A stretch of DNA of 64,000 nucleotides, taken from positions 34,107 to 98,106 of the forward strand of contig JBPOHU010000009.1 of assembly GCA_052035195.1 (NCBI GenBank). Reading direction: 5' to 3'. Below, piece by piece: positions 18,063 to 26,327 of the stretch. The DNA comes from Candidatus Nomurabacteria bacterium (lineage in GTDB: Bacteria > Patescibacteriota > Minisyncoccia > Phycocordibacterales > UBA9973). The position numbers were made by a program, and so were the translations under genes. Position 1 is the first letter of the stretch; each line of letters begins with the position of its first letter. The notes under the pieces are model-generated. The model was not told where the DNA came from. It did not search any database and saw only the letters and a program-made list of their open reading frames with translations.

Positions 18063-18390
18063 ATGCGCTTAAGTAAGCAAACTGCTTTGCTTACGTGCAG
18101 GATTCGAACAGCGGAGTCTTAATCCGCCAGCAGGCGGATAGACGAGCTGGTGCCTAGCCCGAGCTGTACGACTGGTACAGTGAGAGGCGAAGGAGAATCC
18201 TGCTTTTACTAATTTGTGGTCACACTATCTTTATTTATTGGTCACGAGTTACTAAGTCTACTCATCCTTCGGCAAGCTCAGGATTCCGTGGACTAAGTAC
18301 TCTCGACCCCGCCTCGCCTGTCTTACAGACATAGCTGTGGCCCACAAAGCTAGAAAAAGTGACGCAGGTTACTTTTTCTTTAACGCTTTG
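18063..18390 (-). ncRNA. ORF-free, highly structured region; candidate novel ncRNA(s) and/or tRNA-derived remnant (see findings)
   Basis: No credible ORF; multiple strong hairpins; contains an inverted partial copy of the tRNA-Lys 3' end, a tRNA-like 9-bp closing helix (gcaggattc...gaatcctgc) and blocks shared with 25121-25252. Confidence 0.35.
18345..18378 (-). terminator. Terminator of the tRNA-Cys/tRNA-Leu(TAA) minus-strand unit (gaaaaagt-aacctgcgtc-actttttc)
   Basis: 8-bp stem followed on the minus strand by U-rich tract. Confidence 0.55.
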
Positions 18391-18473
18391 TGCCCGAGGC
18401 GAGACTCGAACTCGCACGACATTACTGTCTGAGGATTTTAAGTCCTCTATGTCTACCATTCCATCACTCGGGC
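18391..18473 (-). tRNA. tRNA-Leu (anticodon TAA), class II
   Basis: Reverse complement gcccgag..gagga-cttaaaa-tcctc..long variable arm..gcgag-ttcgagt-ctcgc-ctcgggc-a. Confidence 0.85.
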
Positions 18474-18500
18474 AATATTTATATTTTATTGTACTTACAG

Positions 18501-18572
18501 AGGCCTGGGTGGGAATCGAACCCGCGTATAAAGATTTTGCAGATCTCTGCCTTACCACTTGGCTACCAGGCC
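18501..18572 (-). tRNA. tRNA-Cys (anticodon GCA)
   Basis: Reverse complement ggcctgg-ta-gcc-aagtggtaa-ggc..gagat-ctgcaaa-atctt..gcggg-ttcgatt-cccac-ccaggcc; one C:A mismatch in T-stem. Confidence 0.8.
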
Positions 18573-18593
18573 TTTTTTCCGCCAGCTGGCGGA

Positions 18594-18920
18594 TTATCCT
18601 TCTTTAAGGAGTGCGTCTATAGTGTGGCGGGCTTTCTCTCCTTTGTCAATTTCTACATCAATAAAAGGAATGTTTTGCATATTTATCCCTTTTTTGATTG
18701 CAGTGCGAAGTTCGTTTCTTTTTCTTTTTAAGAAATTAATAGCTGACTCTTCACCGCTCTCAGGAAGTACTGAGATATATATAATAGCACTTCGTCCTCG
18801 ATCTAGGACCTCGACACGAGTCACAGTTATTAGTGCTGTTTTATTGCTTTCTCTTTCAATAAAAAGAGCCGCAACTTGTGCTATTTGTCCTTCTATTTTT
18901 TCTTGTTTTCCTGTATCCAT
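18594..18920 (-). CDS. rbfA: Ribosome-binding factor A
   Basis: 108 aa, RbfA-like KH-domain pattern (RVxxxIxxxL..Lxxl..D...TVTRVEV), lies immediately downstream of infB. Confidence 0.8.
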   Translation of the reverse strand: MDTGKQEKIEGQIAQVAALFIERESNKTALITVTRVEVLDRGRSAIIYISVLPESGEESAINFLKRKRNELRTAIKKGINMQNIPFIDVEIDKGEKARHTIDALLKEG

Positions 18921-18932
18921 AAATTATTTGGT

Positions 18933-20423
18933 TTATTTTGTAACCATAATAAAAGCCTCTAGTACGTCTCCAGGAGCAATATCATTTTTACATTCAATCA
19001 TGAGCCCACATTCTCCTTCAGAAACTTCTTTCATTTTTTGACGAGCTTGTTGGAGTTCTACTATTTTACCTTCAGCAATAGGGAAGTCACGGCGTATTAC
19101 AGAGACTTTTGCACCAAGAGTAATCATACCGCTATCAACACGAGCTCCAAGAACTTGTTTTTCTTTTGTTTGAGAAAAAGTCTTTAGAACTTTTGCAGAA
19201 CCGATAACTTCTCTTGTCTCAACTCTTGGTCGACGCTTTTCTAGTTCTTCTGCTAGCCATTCTGAAAGTTTGTAAATAATATCGAAGATTTGTATTTGAG
19301 CTCCAACTTTCTCATTTATATCTTTTGCTGAACTATCCATATTGGTATTAAAACCAAGTATGATTGTATTTTTGTCAGACTGAGCAAGCTTGATATCGCT
19401 TTCTCCTATAGCTCCTATACCTTTACCAATAATTTTTATATAAAGGCCTTCAATTTTGATTTTATTTATTTCTTTTTCTATTGCTTCAAGAGTGCCATGA
19501 ACATCAGTCTTGATGATGATAGGCACTACTACAGAGCCTACAGCTATGTTTACAGCATCTTTTCCTCCATTTGGTTTTGATCCTAGATCTTCTATGAAGT
19601 CTTCAGCTTCACGCTTTTTATCAAAAACTACAATAGACGCACCTACTTCTGGAAGCTTATCGAACCCTACGAGTTGCACTGCTGTACCAGCTGGAGCAGA
19701 TTCTATAGTTTTACCTAAGAAGTTTTCCATGATTCTAGTTGTAGTGAAAGAGTCTCCCGCAACAACAAATTGACTTCTTTTGACTGTGCCATTTTTTATA
19801 ACAACAGTAGCAGCGATACCGCGCTTTGGTTCAAGATGGCTTTCTATAACTATTCCTTGTGCCAAAGCATTTGGTTCGTATGTAAATTCGGCCAGATCAG
19901 CAACTAGAAGTATTGTTTCTAGAAGTTCTGTTACACCGGTACCTTTCTTTGCAGAAATAGCATTCCAAGGAATATTTCCTCCATAACCTTCAACTAGAAC
20001 TTCGTGCTCTGCAAGAGAGAGTTTTGTTTTTTCTATATTTGATTCGGGTAGGTCTATCTTGTTGATAGCTACGACAAAAGGAATATTTGCACTTCGGATA
20101 GTGTTTAATGCTTCTAGCGTTTGAGCTTTTACTCCATCTTCAGCAGAGACTACAAGAATAGCAATATCAGCAGCGCTAGCACCTCGCTCTCTCATGCCAG
20201 TAAACGCAGCATGTCCAGGGGTGTCTAGAAAAGTAATAGTTCTGTCTGTTCCTTGATAGGGGATGCTTATTTCATAAGCACTTAAGTGTTGAGTTATACC
20301 ACCAGCTTCTCCATCAACAACATTTGATTTTCGTATGTAATCCAAAAGCGTGCTTTTACCATGGTCGATGTGTCCCATGATAGCTACGACAGGCGGGCGA
20401 GTTGTTAGTGTTGTTGTTTTCAT
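18933..20423 (-). CDS. infB: Translation initiation factor IF-2, short form
   Basis: G-domain motifs AIMGHIDHGKST, DTPGH, NKID; beta-barrel domains; C-terminus typical of IF2; only 496 aa. Confidence 0.9.
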   Translation of the reverse strand: MKTTTLTTRPPVVAIMGHIDHGKSTLLDYIRKSNVVDGEAGGITQHLSAYEISIPYQGTDRTITFLDTPGHAAFTGMRERGASAADIAILVVSAEDGVKAQTLEALNTIRSANIPFVVAINKIDLPESNIEKTKLSLAEHEVLVEGYGGNIPWNAISAKKGTGVTELLETILLVADLAEFTYEPNALAQGIVIESHLEPKRGIAATVVIKNGTVKRSQFVVAGDSFTTTRIMENFLGKTIESAPAGTAVQLVGFDKLPEVGASIVVFDKKREAEDFIEDLGSKPNGGKDAVNIAVGSVVVPIIIKTDVHGTLEAIEKEINKIKIEGLYIKIIGKGIGAIGESDIKLAQSDKNTIILGFNTNMDSSAKDINEKVGAQIQIFDIIYKLSEWLAEELEKRRPRVETREVIGSAKVLKTFSQTKEKQVLGARVDSGMITLGAKVSVIRRDFPIAEGKIVELQQARQKMKEVSEGECGLMIECKNDIAPGDVLEAFIMVTK

Positions 20424-20426
20424 TTT

Positions 20427-20903
20427 TTATATTCTTAAACTTTTTTTAGATGCTTCTAGAGCAGAGGCTTCCTCTGGAGTGAGAGATGCAAGAGATGTTC
20501 CTCGACTAACTGGCTTTGCATAAACACCAACATGATTTCTATTTGTAATAACAGAAAGTATAAATCCGTCAGCTTGTTCATCTATCAATCCTGTAGCAAA
20601 GCTTTGATTTCCTCCCGTGTCGTCGTATGCATCATATCTCACTATGGAGTAGCCGCGAATACTCTTTTTGATTCGAGAGTCTATCAATTCAAGAGCGTGT
20701 TTGTGGGCTTGAAGAGTATCGTCTACTTGAGCATTTTTTTCTGTTAACCACTCAAGTACTGCTTCAAGAGAAGCTCCATTTTTACCACGCATAAACGCCT
20801 TGAGGCGCTTGTGGAGAGATATAGATACTGCTATGAGAATAACACTACAGAGCGAAAGCCCGGCTAGAGCAATAACAAGCCATAGTGGTATACTTTGTAC
20901 CAT
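20427..20903 (-). CDS. DUF4446 family membrane-anchored protein
   Basis: N-terminal TM; conserved block VRYDAYDDTGGNQSF..G..D......G.ILS.I..R....VYAKPV..G.S...LT.EE typical of DUF4446. Confidence 0.6.
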   Translation of the reverse strand: MVQSIPLWLVIALAGLSLCSVILIAVSISLHKRLKAFMRGKNGASLEAVLEWLTEKNAQVDDTLQAHKHALELIDSRIKKSIRGYSIVRYDAYDDTGGNQSFATGLIDEQADGFILSVITNRNHVGVYAKPVSRGTSLASLTPEEASALEASKKSLRI

Positions 20904-20928
20904 AGTAGTGTATTATACTGATTTTACC

Positions 20929-22134
20929 GTGTTTTTCAAGCCTTTTTTAACTATATTCAAAAATAAGAGAATTTATCTTGACTATGCCTCAAGTACACCC
21001 GTTGATCAAAAAATGATCTCGTCTTTTCCTCGTATTTCAAAGAGTTTTGCTCATGCAAATCCAAGTGCTCTACATAAAGAGGGTGTAGGGCTATCAAAAG
21101 TTTTAAATGAAGCTAGAAATATAGTAGCCAAAGAACTTGGGGCGCATTCACAGGAAATTATTTTTACTAGTAATGCATCAGAGAGTGATAATTTGGCTAT
21201 ATTAGGGAGTGTTAATTATTTTCTTAAGAAAGGCATCTATCCAGAAGAGATAGGTGTTTATATTAGTCCGTTTGAACACTCTGCTATTAAAGAAGCTGTT
21301 AACTCTCTGGATAAAAATATTTTTATTTGTACTCTTTTGCAAGAAGACGGCTATGTAAAGACAGATAAAATAGTTTTTCCTGAAAACTTAAAAGTAGTAA
21401 TAGTTTCGGTTATCATGGTCCAAAACGAAATTGGAACTTTGCAAAATATAAAAGAAATAGCAAAGCATATTAGAAAGCTCAGAAAAGATAATCCAAATCT
21501 TGAGATAATTTTACACACGGACGCAACACAAGCTCCTCTTTTTTATGATTTAAATGTTGCTCGTTTGGGTGTAGATATGATGACTCTTGGTGCTACAAAG
21601 CTTTATTGCCCTAAAGGCGTGGGATTGTTGTATAAAAAAAGAGGAATAAATTTATTACCTATTTTTTATGGAGGAGGGCAAGAGATGGGACTAAGACCAG
21701 GTACAGAGCCAGTTGATTTGATTCATAAATTTGCACATGCTTTGAAATACGCTTCTTCAAACAGAGAAAAGTATTTTTTGAAGATTCAGTCTCTAAAAGA
21801 TTATTTTGAAAAAAAACTGAAAGAAAAGATTGGCAATATACGTATTACAGGAGAAGGGGATAGGTCTCCTCATATATCACACTTGGTGATACCCAACATA
21901 GATAGTGAGCTTTTTGTTTTGGAACTCGACGCTCGAGGTATAGCTGTTTCTTCAAAGAGCGCTTGTAAAAATGAAGAAGACGGAGAGTCTGAACTGCTTT
22001 CAATTCTTTATCCAAATGAGAAGGTTGGGGCAATCAGAGTTTCTTTTGGAAGGCTTACAAAACAAAAAGATTTAGATTTTTTGATAAAAGCAATATCTTC
22101 TATATTGAAAAAATATCAAAATATTAGTCTCTAG
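20929..22134 (+). CDS. Cysteine desulfurase / class V aminotransferase (IscS/NifS-like); GTG start proposed
   Basis: IYLDYASSTPVD N-terminal signature, PLP-Lys region GATKLYCPKGVG; the only ATG start (21012) would remove the conserved N-terminus, so in-frame GTG at 20929 is proposed. Confidence 0.7.
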   Translation: MFFKPFLTIFKNKRIYLDYASSTPVDQKMISSFPRISKSFAHANPSALHKEGVGLSKVLNEARNIVAKELGAHSQEIIFTSNASESDNLAILGSVNYFLKKGIYPEEIGVYISPFEHSAIKEAVNSLDKNIFICTLLQEDGYVKTDKIVFPENLKVVIVSVIMVQNEIGTLQNIKEIAKHIRKLRKDNPNLEIILHTDATQAPLFYDLNVARLGVDMMTLGATKLYCPKGVGLLYKKRGINLLPIFYGGGQEMGLRPGTEPVDLIHKFAHALKYASSNREKYFLKIQSLKDYFEKKLKEKIGNIRITGEGDRSPHISHLVIPNIDSELFVLELDARGIAVSSKSACKNEEDGESELLSILYPNEKVGAIRVSFGRLTKQKDLDFLIKAISSILKKYQNISL

Positions 22135-22250
22135 AAAAAAATACATTTTGTGATATAGTACAAATATACCGTAGCGTCTGATAGGCCTTATTTTCTCTGT
22201 ATTTCGGAATTCCTTTTAATCTTTATGAACCTTAAACTTTTTACCAATTT

Positions 22251-24953
22251 ATGCCACCACTAAGCCAATTCACCACAAAAGCGAAAGATGCTATTAAGAG
22301 AGCACATGAATTAGCTATCGAGAGAGGGCAAAACAATGTTAATACCATACATCTTCTTGCCGCTCTTTTGATTCAAGAAGAATCAAATATAGTTACGATA
22401 TTAGATCGTATGGATATTGATAGTACACACCTTACAGATTCAGTCCTGGAATCAATGGAGGGAACTGAAAATCAAAGCACTGTTGCTCCATCTTATCAGA
22501 TGTTTTTGACAGCTGATCTTGCTCAAGCTATAGAACAATCGCTCAAAGTCGCTACAGAAATAAAAGACACTTTTGTGTCCACTGAACATTTGTTCGTGGC
22601 TCTTTTAGACATTAATAATGATGCTTCTGAAATTTTAAATAAATTTAAAATCAGTCGAGACACAGTACTTGAAATAATTGCAGAATTTAGAACAAATAAA
22701 ACACCAGAGACTAGTATAAATAAAAAATTTAGACTAATTACAAAATTCACTCGCAATCTCACAAAACTTGCTAGGGAAGACAAACTTGATCCTGTTATTG
22801 GTAGAGACAGTGAAATAATGCGCATAATGCAGATACTTTCTCGTCGTACTAAAAATAACCCAGTTCTTCTTGGTGAACCAGGAACAGGTAAAACTGCTGT
22901 AGTAGAAGGCTTGGCTGTAAGAATAGTAAAGGGGGACGTAGCAGAGAGTCTAAAAGATAAAGAGATAGTTTCTCTTGATATTGGTAGCTTGCTTGCTGGT
23001 ACAAAATATAGAGGAGAATTTGAAGAGAGATTAAAAGGAATATTAAAAGAAGTTGAAAAAGCAGAAGGAAAAATAATTCTTTTTATTGATGAAATACACA
23101 CCATAGTTGGAGCAGGAAGCGCAGAGGGTTCTATGGATATGTCCAACATGCTAAAACCAGCACTTTCTCGTGGAGAGATAAGAGCGATAGGGGCAACAAC
23201 ACTTAAGGAGTATCAAAAGTACATTGAGAAAGACCCTGCTCTTGCGAGACGATTTCAACCAGTGATGATAGATGAGCCAACAGTTGAAGATACTGTTGCT
23301 ATTCTTCGTGGGCTTAAAGAAAAATACGAACTCTATCACGGTGTTCATATTACAGATGACGCTATTATCGCTGCAGTAGAGCTTTCAAATCGTTATATAA
23401 CCAACAGACAACTTCCTGATAAAGCAGTGGACCTTTTGGATGAAGCGAGCTCTGCTCTTCGAATGGAGCTTGAAAACAAGCCAGCTGTCTTGGAAGAAGC
23501 TCATCGAAAGATAATGCGTCTCGAAATAGAAAAAGAGGCTATTAGAAAAGATATTGATAAAGATTTTGCTGAAAAGCATGGATTAAAAACAGCCAAGAGT
23601 CGTCTCTCTGATATAGAAAAAGAAATAGCAAATATAGAAGAGAAGAACAAAGAACTCGAAATGAAATGGAAGAATGAAAAAGGTCTTCTTGCAGATATTG
23701 CAAAGATAAAGAAAGACTTAGAAACACTAAGACTCGAAGCTGAATCAGCAGAAATGAGAGCTGATCTTGGCCGTGCTGCTGAAATAAGATACGGGCACCT
23801 TCCACTTCTTCAAAAAGATCTTGAGACAAAACTAGCCAAGCTTAAAAAATTACAAAAAGTAAGACGCGTCTTAAAAGAAGAAATAACAGAAGAAGATATT
23901 GCTTCAGTTGTTGCTCGTTGGACAGGGATACCTGTAACTAAAATGCTTGAAGAAGAAAGAACAAAGCTTGCAGAAATGGAAGCAGTTCTTAAGAACCGAG
24001 TAGTAGGACAAGACCAAGCTATAGAGCGAGTAGCTCATGTGTTACGTAGAGCACGCGCAGGTATTAGTGACCCGCATAGACCAATAGGCTCTTTTATTTT
24101 CTTAGGTCCAACAGGAGTAGGAAAAACAGAACTTACAAAAGCCTTGGCACAGTTTATGTTTAATGATGACAAGGCTCTTATTCGAGTTGATATGAGTGAA
24201 TATATGGAGCGACATGCTGTATCAAAACTAGTAGGTTCTCCTCCTGGATATGTAGGGTATGAAGAAGCTGGTCAACTCACTGAAGCAGTAAGACATAAGC
24301 CTTACAGTGTTGTTCTCTTTGATGAAATAGAAAAAGCTCATCCTGAAGTTTTTAATATTTTACTTCAAGTATTAGATGACGGTGTTCTTACGGACGGAAA
24401 GGGTAGAAAAGTAAATTTCAAAAACACTATTATAATAATGACCAGCAACATTGGTTCTCAGTTTATTCAAAAAATGGAATCTATTGGTTTCCATAATAAT
24501 TCTGAAAAAGCTGAATACGGCCAAATGAAAGACAAGGTTGAGGGTGCTCTTAAGGATCATTTCAAACCAGAATTCTTAAATCGAATAGATGAGGTAGTTG
24601 TTTTCGATATTCTTTCAAAAGAAGCTATTAAAGAGATTGTTGGTATTCGTATCAACAATATCCTTGCTAGGCTTCAAGAAAAGGGTATCAGTGTATCTAT
24701 AAATGATGATGCGCTTTCATATCTTGCTCGTGTCGGATATAATCCTCAGTACGGGGCAAGACCCCTCAATCGTTTGATTCAAGCCAAAGTGCTTAATCCG
24801 ATTGCGGAACGTATTATTCGGCAGACTATTGTCTCCGGAGACGTTGTGACTGTTTCTGTGGTTAATGACGATATTGTTATTAATACAAATAATAAAAAGA
24901 AACAGATTAGTTCTTTAAGAAGCCAGAAAAAGGAAACTTCCGTTTCTAAATAA
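22251..24953 (+). CDS. clpB: ATP-dependent chaperone ClpB
   Basis: Two Clp_N repeats, two AAA+ modules (GEPGTGKT and GPTGVGKT Walker A), long coiled-coil M-domain (~120 aa) typical of ClpB rather than ClpA/C. Confidence 0.9.
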   Translation: MPPLSQFTTKAKDAIKRAHELAIERGQNNVNTIHLLAALLIQEESNIVTILDRMDIDSTHLTDSVLESMEGTENQSTVAPSYQMFLTADLAQAIEQSLKVATEIKDTFVSTEHLFVALLDINNDASEILNKFKISRDTVLEIIAEFRTNKTPETSINKKFRLITKFTRNLTKLAREDKLDPVIGRDSEIMRIMQILSRRTKNNPVLLGEPGTGKTAVVEGLAVRIVKGDVAESLKDKEIVSLDIGSLLAGTKYRGEFEERLKGILKEVEKAEGKIILFIDEIHTIVGAGSAEGSMDMSNMLKPALSRGEIRAIGATTLKEYQKYIEKDPALARRFQPVMIDEPTVEDTVAILRGLKEKYELYHGVHITDDAIIAAVELSNRYITNRQLPDKAVDLLDEASSALRMELENKPAVLEEAHRKIMRLEIEKEAIRKDIDKDFAEKHGLKTAKSRLSDIEKEIANIEEKNKELEMKWKNEKGLLADIAKIKKDLETLRLEAESAEMRADLGRAAEIRYGHLPLLQKDLETKLAKLKKLQKVRRVLKEEITEEDIASVVARWTGIPVTKMLEEERTKLAEMEAVLKNRVVGQDQAIERVAHVLRRARAGISDPHRPIGSFIFLGPTGVGKTELTKALAQFMFNDDKALIRVDMSEYMERHAVSKLVGSPPGYVGYEEAGQLTEAVRHKPYSVVLFDEIEKAHPEVFNILLQVLDDGVLTDGKGRKVNFKNTIIIMTSNIGSQFIQKMESIGFHNNSEKAEYGQMKDKVEGALKDHFKPEFLNRIDEVVVFDILSKEAIKEIVGIRINNILARLQEKGISVSINDDALSYLARVGYNPQYGARPLNRLIQAKVLNPIAERIIRQTIVSGDVVTVSVVNDDIVINTNNKKKQISSLRSQKKETSVSK

Positions 24954-24995
24954 TTCTGGTATTATATACGTCTCTTACTTTTGTAAGGGACGCAT

Positions 24996-25078
24996 GCGTC
25001 GGTGGTAGAGTGGTCAATTACATCAGACTGTAAATCTGACGCCTTCGGGCTACGCAGGTTCAAATCCTGCCCGGCGCA
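24996..25078 (+). tRNA. tRNA-Tyr (anticodon GTA) with long variable arm
   Basis: Acceptor gcgtcgg/ccggcgc (one G:U), anticodon stem-loop catcag-actgtaaatct-gac, variable arm gccttcgggc, T-arm gcagg-ttcaaat-cctgc. Confidence 0.8.
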
Positions 25079-25082
25079 CAAA

Positions 25083-25124
25083 AACGAAAAAACCTAACTT
25101 TATTGTTAGGTTTTTTCGTTTTAT
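25083..25124 (+). terminator. Strong Rho-independent terminator (aacgaaaaaacctaac-tttatt-gttaggttttttcgtt)
   Basis: 16-bp perfect stem followed by tttta. Confidence 0.8.
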
Positions 25125-25252
25125 GTCTCGCCGAGGAGTAAGCCAACTGCTTGGTTTACGTCAGGATTTTGAAAGGCACAGCGATGCTGATAGGCGAGCG
25201 AGCCGGGGTCGAGAGTACTTATGAGCGAAGCGAATTAGTAACTCGTGACCAA
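25121..25252 (+). repeat. Two conserved sequence blocks (A: 9-bp hairpin + CAGGATT; B: ggcgag..cggggtcgagagtactta...ttagtaactcgtgaccaa) also present in 18063-18318
   Basis: Block A is the same orientation in both loci with a compensatory base change in the stem; block B is inverted relative to A in the other locus. Confidence 0.6.
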
Positions 25253-25321
25253 ATCCTGTTGCAAAAGACTCGAAGGAAAATCCTGCCCTCAAAAAAAACT
25301 AAATGCTATACTTATTTCATA

Positions 25322-26272
25322 ATGAAACGCATCGGTATTCTTCGTGGCGGAATAAGTCCTGAATATAGTATCTCTCTTAAGACTGGCGGAGCAGTTATGG
25401 AGGCTTTGCACGAAGCAGGGTTTGAGGCTATTGATATGCTACTCGATAAAGAAGGAGTGTTGCATATCAAAGGAATACCTTCTAACTTAGAGAAAGCCCA
25501 GTCAGCAGTAGATTATATTTGGAATGCTCTTCACGGAGAGTTTGGAGAAGATGGCAAGTTGCAACAAGTGTTAGACCAATACGGTATTTCTTATAGTGGC
25601 TCTGGTGTATCAGCTTCAGCCCAAGCTTTCAATAAAAATGTTGCTAAAGAAAGAGCGGAAAGTCTGGGTATCAAAACTCCAAAATCAATACTCGTTATGC
25701 CTGACGGCTCTGAATCAGTCGCTGAGGTTACAAATCGTATTTATAAAACGATGGCTCCTCCTTGGGTTGTTAAACCTCTCTCTGGCGGATCATCAGTAAA
25801 TACTTTCTTTGCCCTTACTCCTCTTGATTTGTCACAAGTTGTTGAAGAAGCTATTTCTCATGAGCAACCTCTTTTGATTGAGCAACATATTTCAGGTACC
25901 GAGGTAGCAGTAGGAGTGATAGATGAATTTAGAAATAAAAAAGAATACGTTTTACCAGTAATAGATATAGATTCTCCAAATATGGGAGTTCTTTCTCACG
26001 AAAGAAGATATGAATCTCATAGTAAAGACGCTTCAAGACTTCGAACAGATGAAAGGCAAAAACTTAGTGAATTAGCTCAGTCTCTTCATCGGTCCCTTGG
26101 AGCTAAAGATTATTCACAAAGCGAGTTTGTGGTTGATAGATTCGGCAAGATATGGTTTTTAGAGATAGATACTCATCCTGCTCTTCATAAAGATGCACCT
26201 TTTTATAAGGCTCTGGAAGCAGTAGGGGCAACACTAACAGAATTTGTTCAAAGTGTTATATCAAAACAATAG
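25322..26272 (+). CDS. ddl: D-alanine--D-alanine ligase; start moved to MKRIGILRGG
   Basis: N-terminal IGILRGGISPEYSISLKTG, ATP-grasp motifs; the 171-nt upstream extension of the ORF is in a structured leader and lacks Ddl homology. Confidence 0.85.
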   Translation: MKRIGILRGGISPEYSISLKTGGAVMEALHEAGFEAIDMLLDKEGVLHIKGIPSNLEKAQSAVDYIWNALHGEFGEDGKLQQVLDQYGISYSGSGVSASAQAFNKNVAKERAESLGIKTPKSILVMPDGSESVAEVTNRIYKTMAPPWVVKPLSGGSSVNTFFALTPLDLSQVVEEAISHEQPLLIEQHISGTEVAVGVIDEFRNKKEYVLPVIDIDSPNMGVLSHERRYESHSKDASRLRTDERQKLSELAQSLHRSLGAKDYSQSEFVVDRFGKIWFLEIDTHPALHKDAPFYKALEAVGATLTEFVQSVISKQ

Positions 26273-26327
26273 AAAAATCAAATTTTGATGTTGTGGTATA
26301 ATTATTATTATTATAAATAAAGACTTT

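Noticed and set aside
18063-18390. Identification of the structured spacer as tmRNA, RNase P RNA or SRP RNA
   Set aside because: By-eye search found no GGAAAGUCC/P4 pairing partner, no 5' GGGG...3' T-arm-ACCA tmRNA arrangement with a tag reading frame ending in an Ala-rich peptide, and no SRP domain-IV GNRA/AGCAG symmetric-loop motif. This is left as unknown pending Infernal.
18262-18731. ORFs of 82-113 aa (18262-18558 minus; 18359-18607 and 18390-18731 plus) in the tRNA cluster
   Set aside because: They run through tRNA-Leu(TAA) and tRNA-Cys genes and terminator hairpins and are artefacts of ORF calling in RNA-gene DNA.
25151-25321. 57-codon N-terminal extension of the ddl ORF in the six-frame track
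   Set aside because: The region carries the repeated structured blocks A and B and a terminator-proximal leader. Ddl homology begins only at MKRIGILRGG.
26288-26320. 10-codon Tyr-rich micro-ORF (MLWYNYYYYK) directly upstream of the E1-like gene, considered as a possible RiPP precursor
   Set aside because: It coincides with the extended -10 promoter element TGgTATAATtattattattataaa, so the TAT repeats are promoter sequence. The transcript would start downstream of most of it, and it has no SD.
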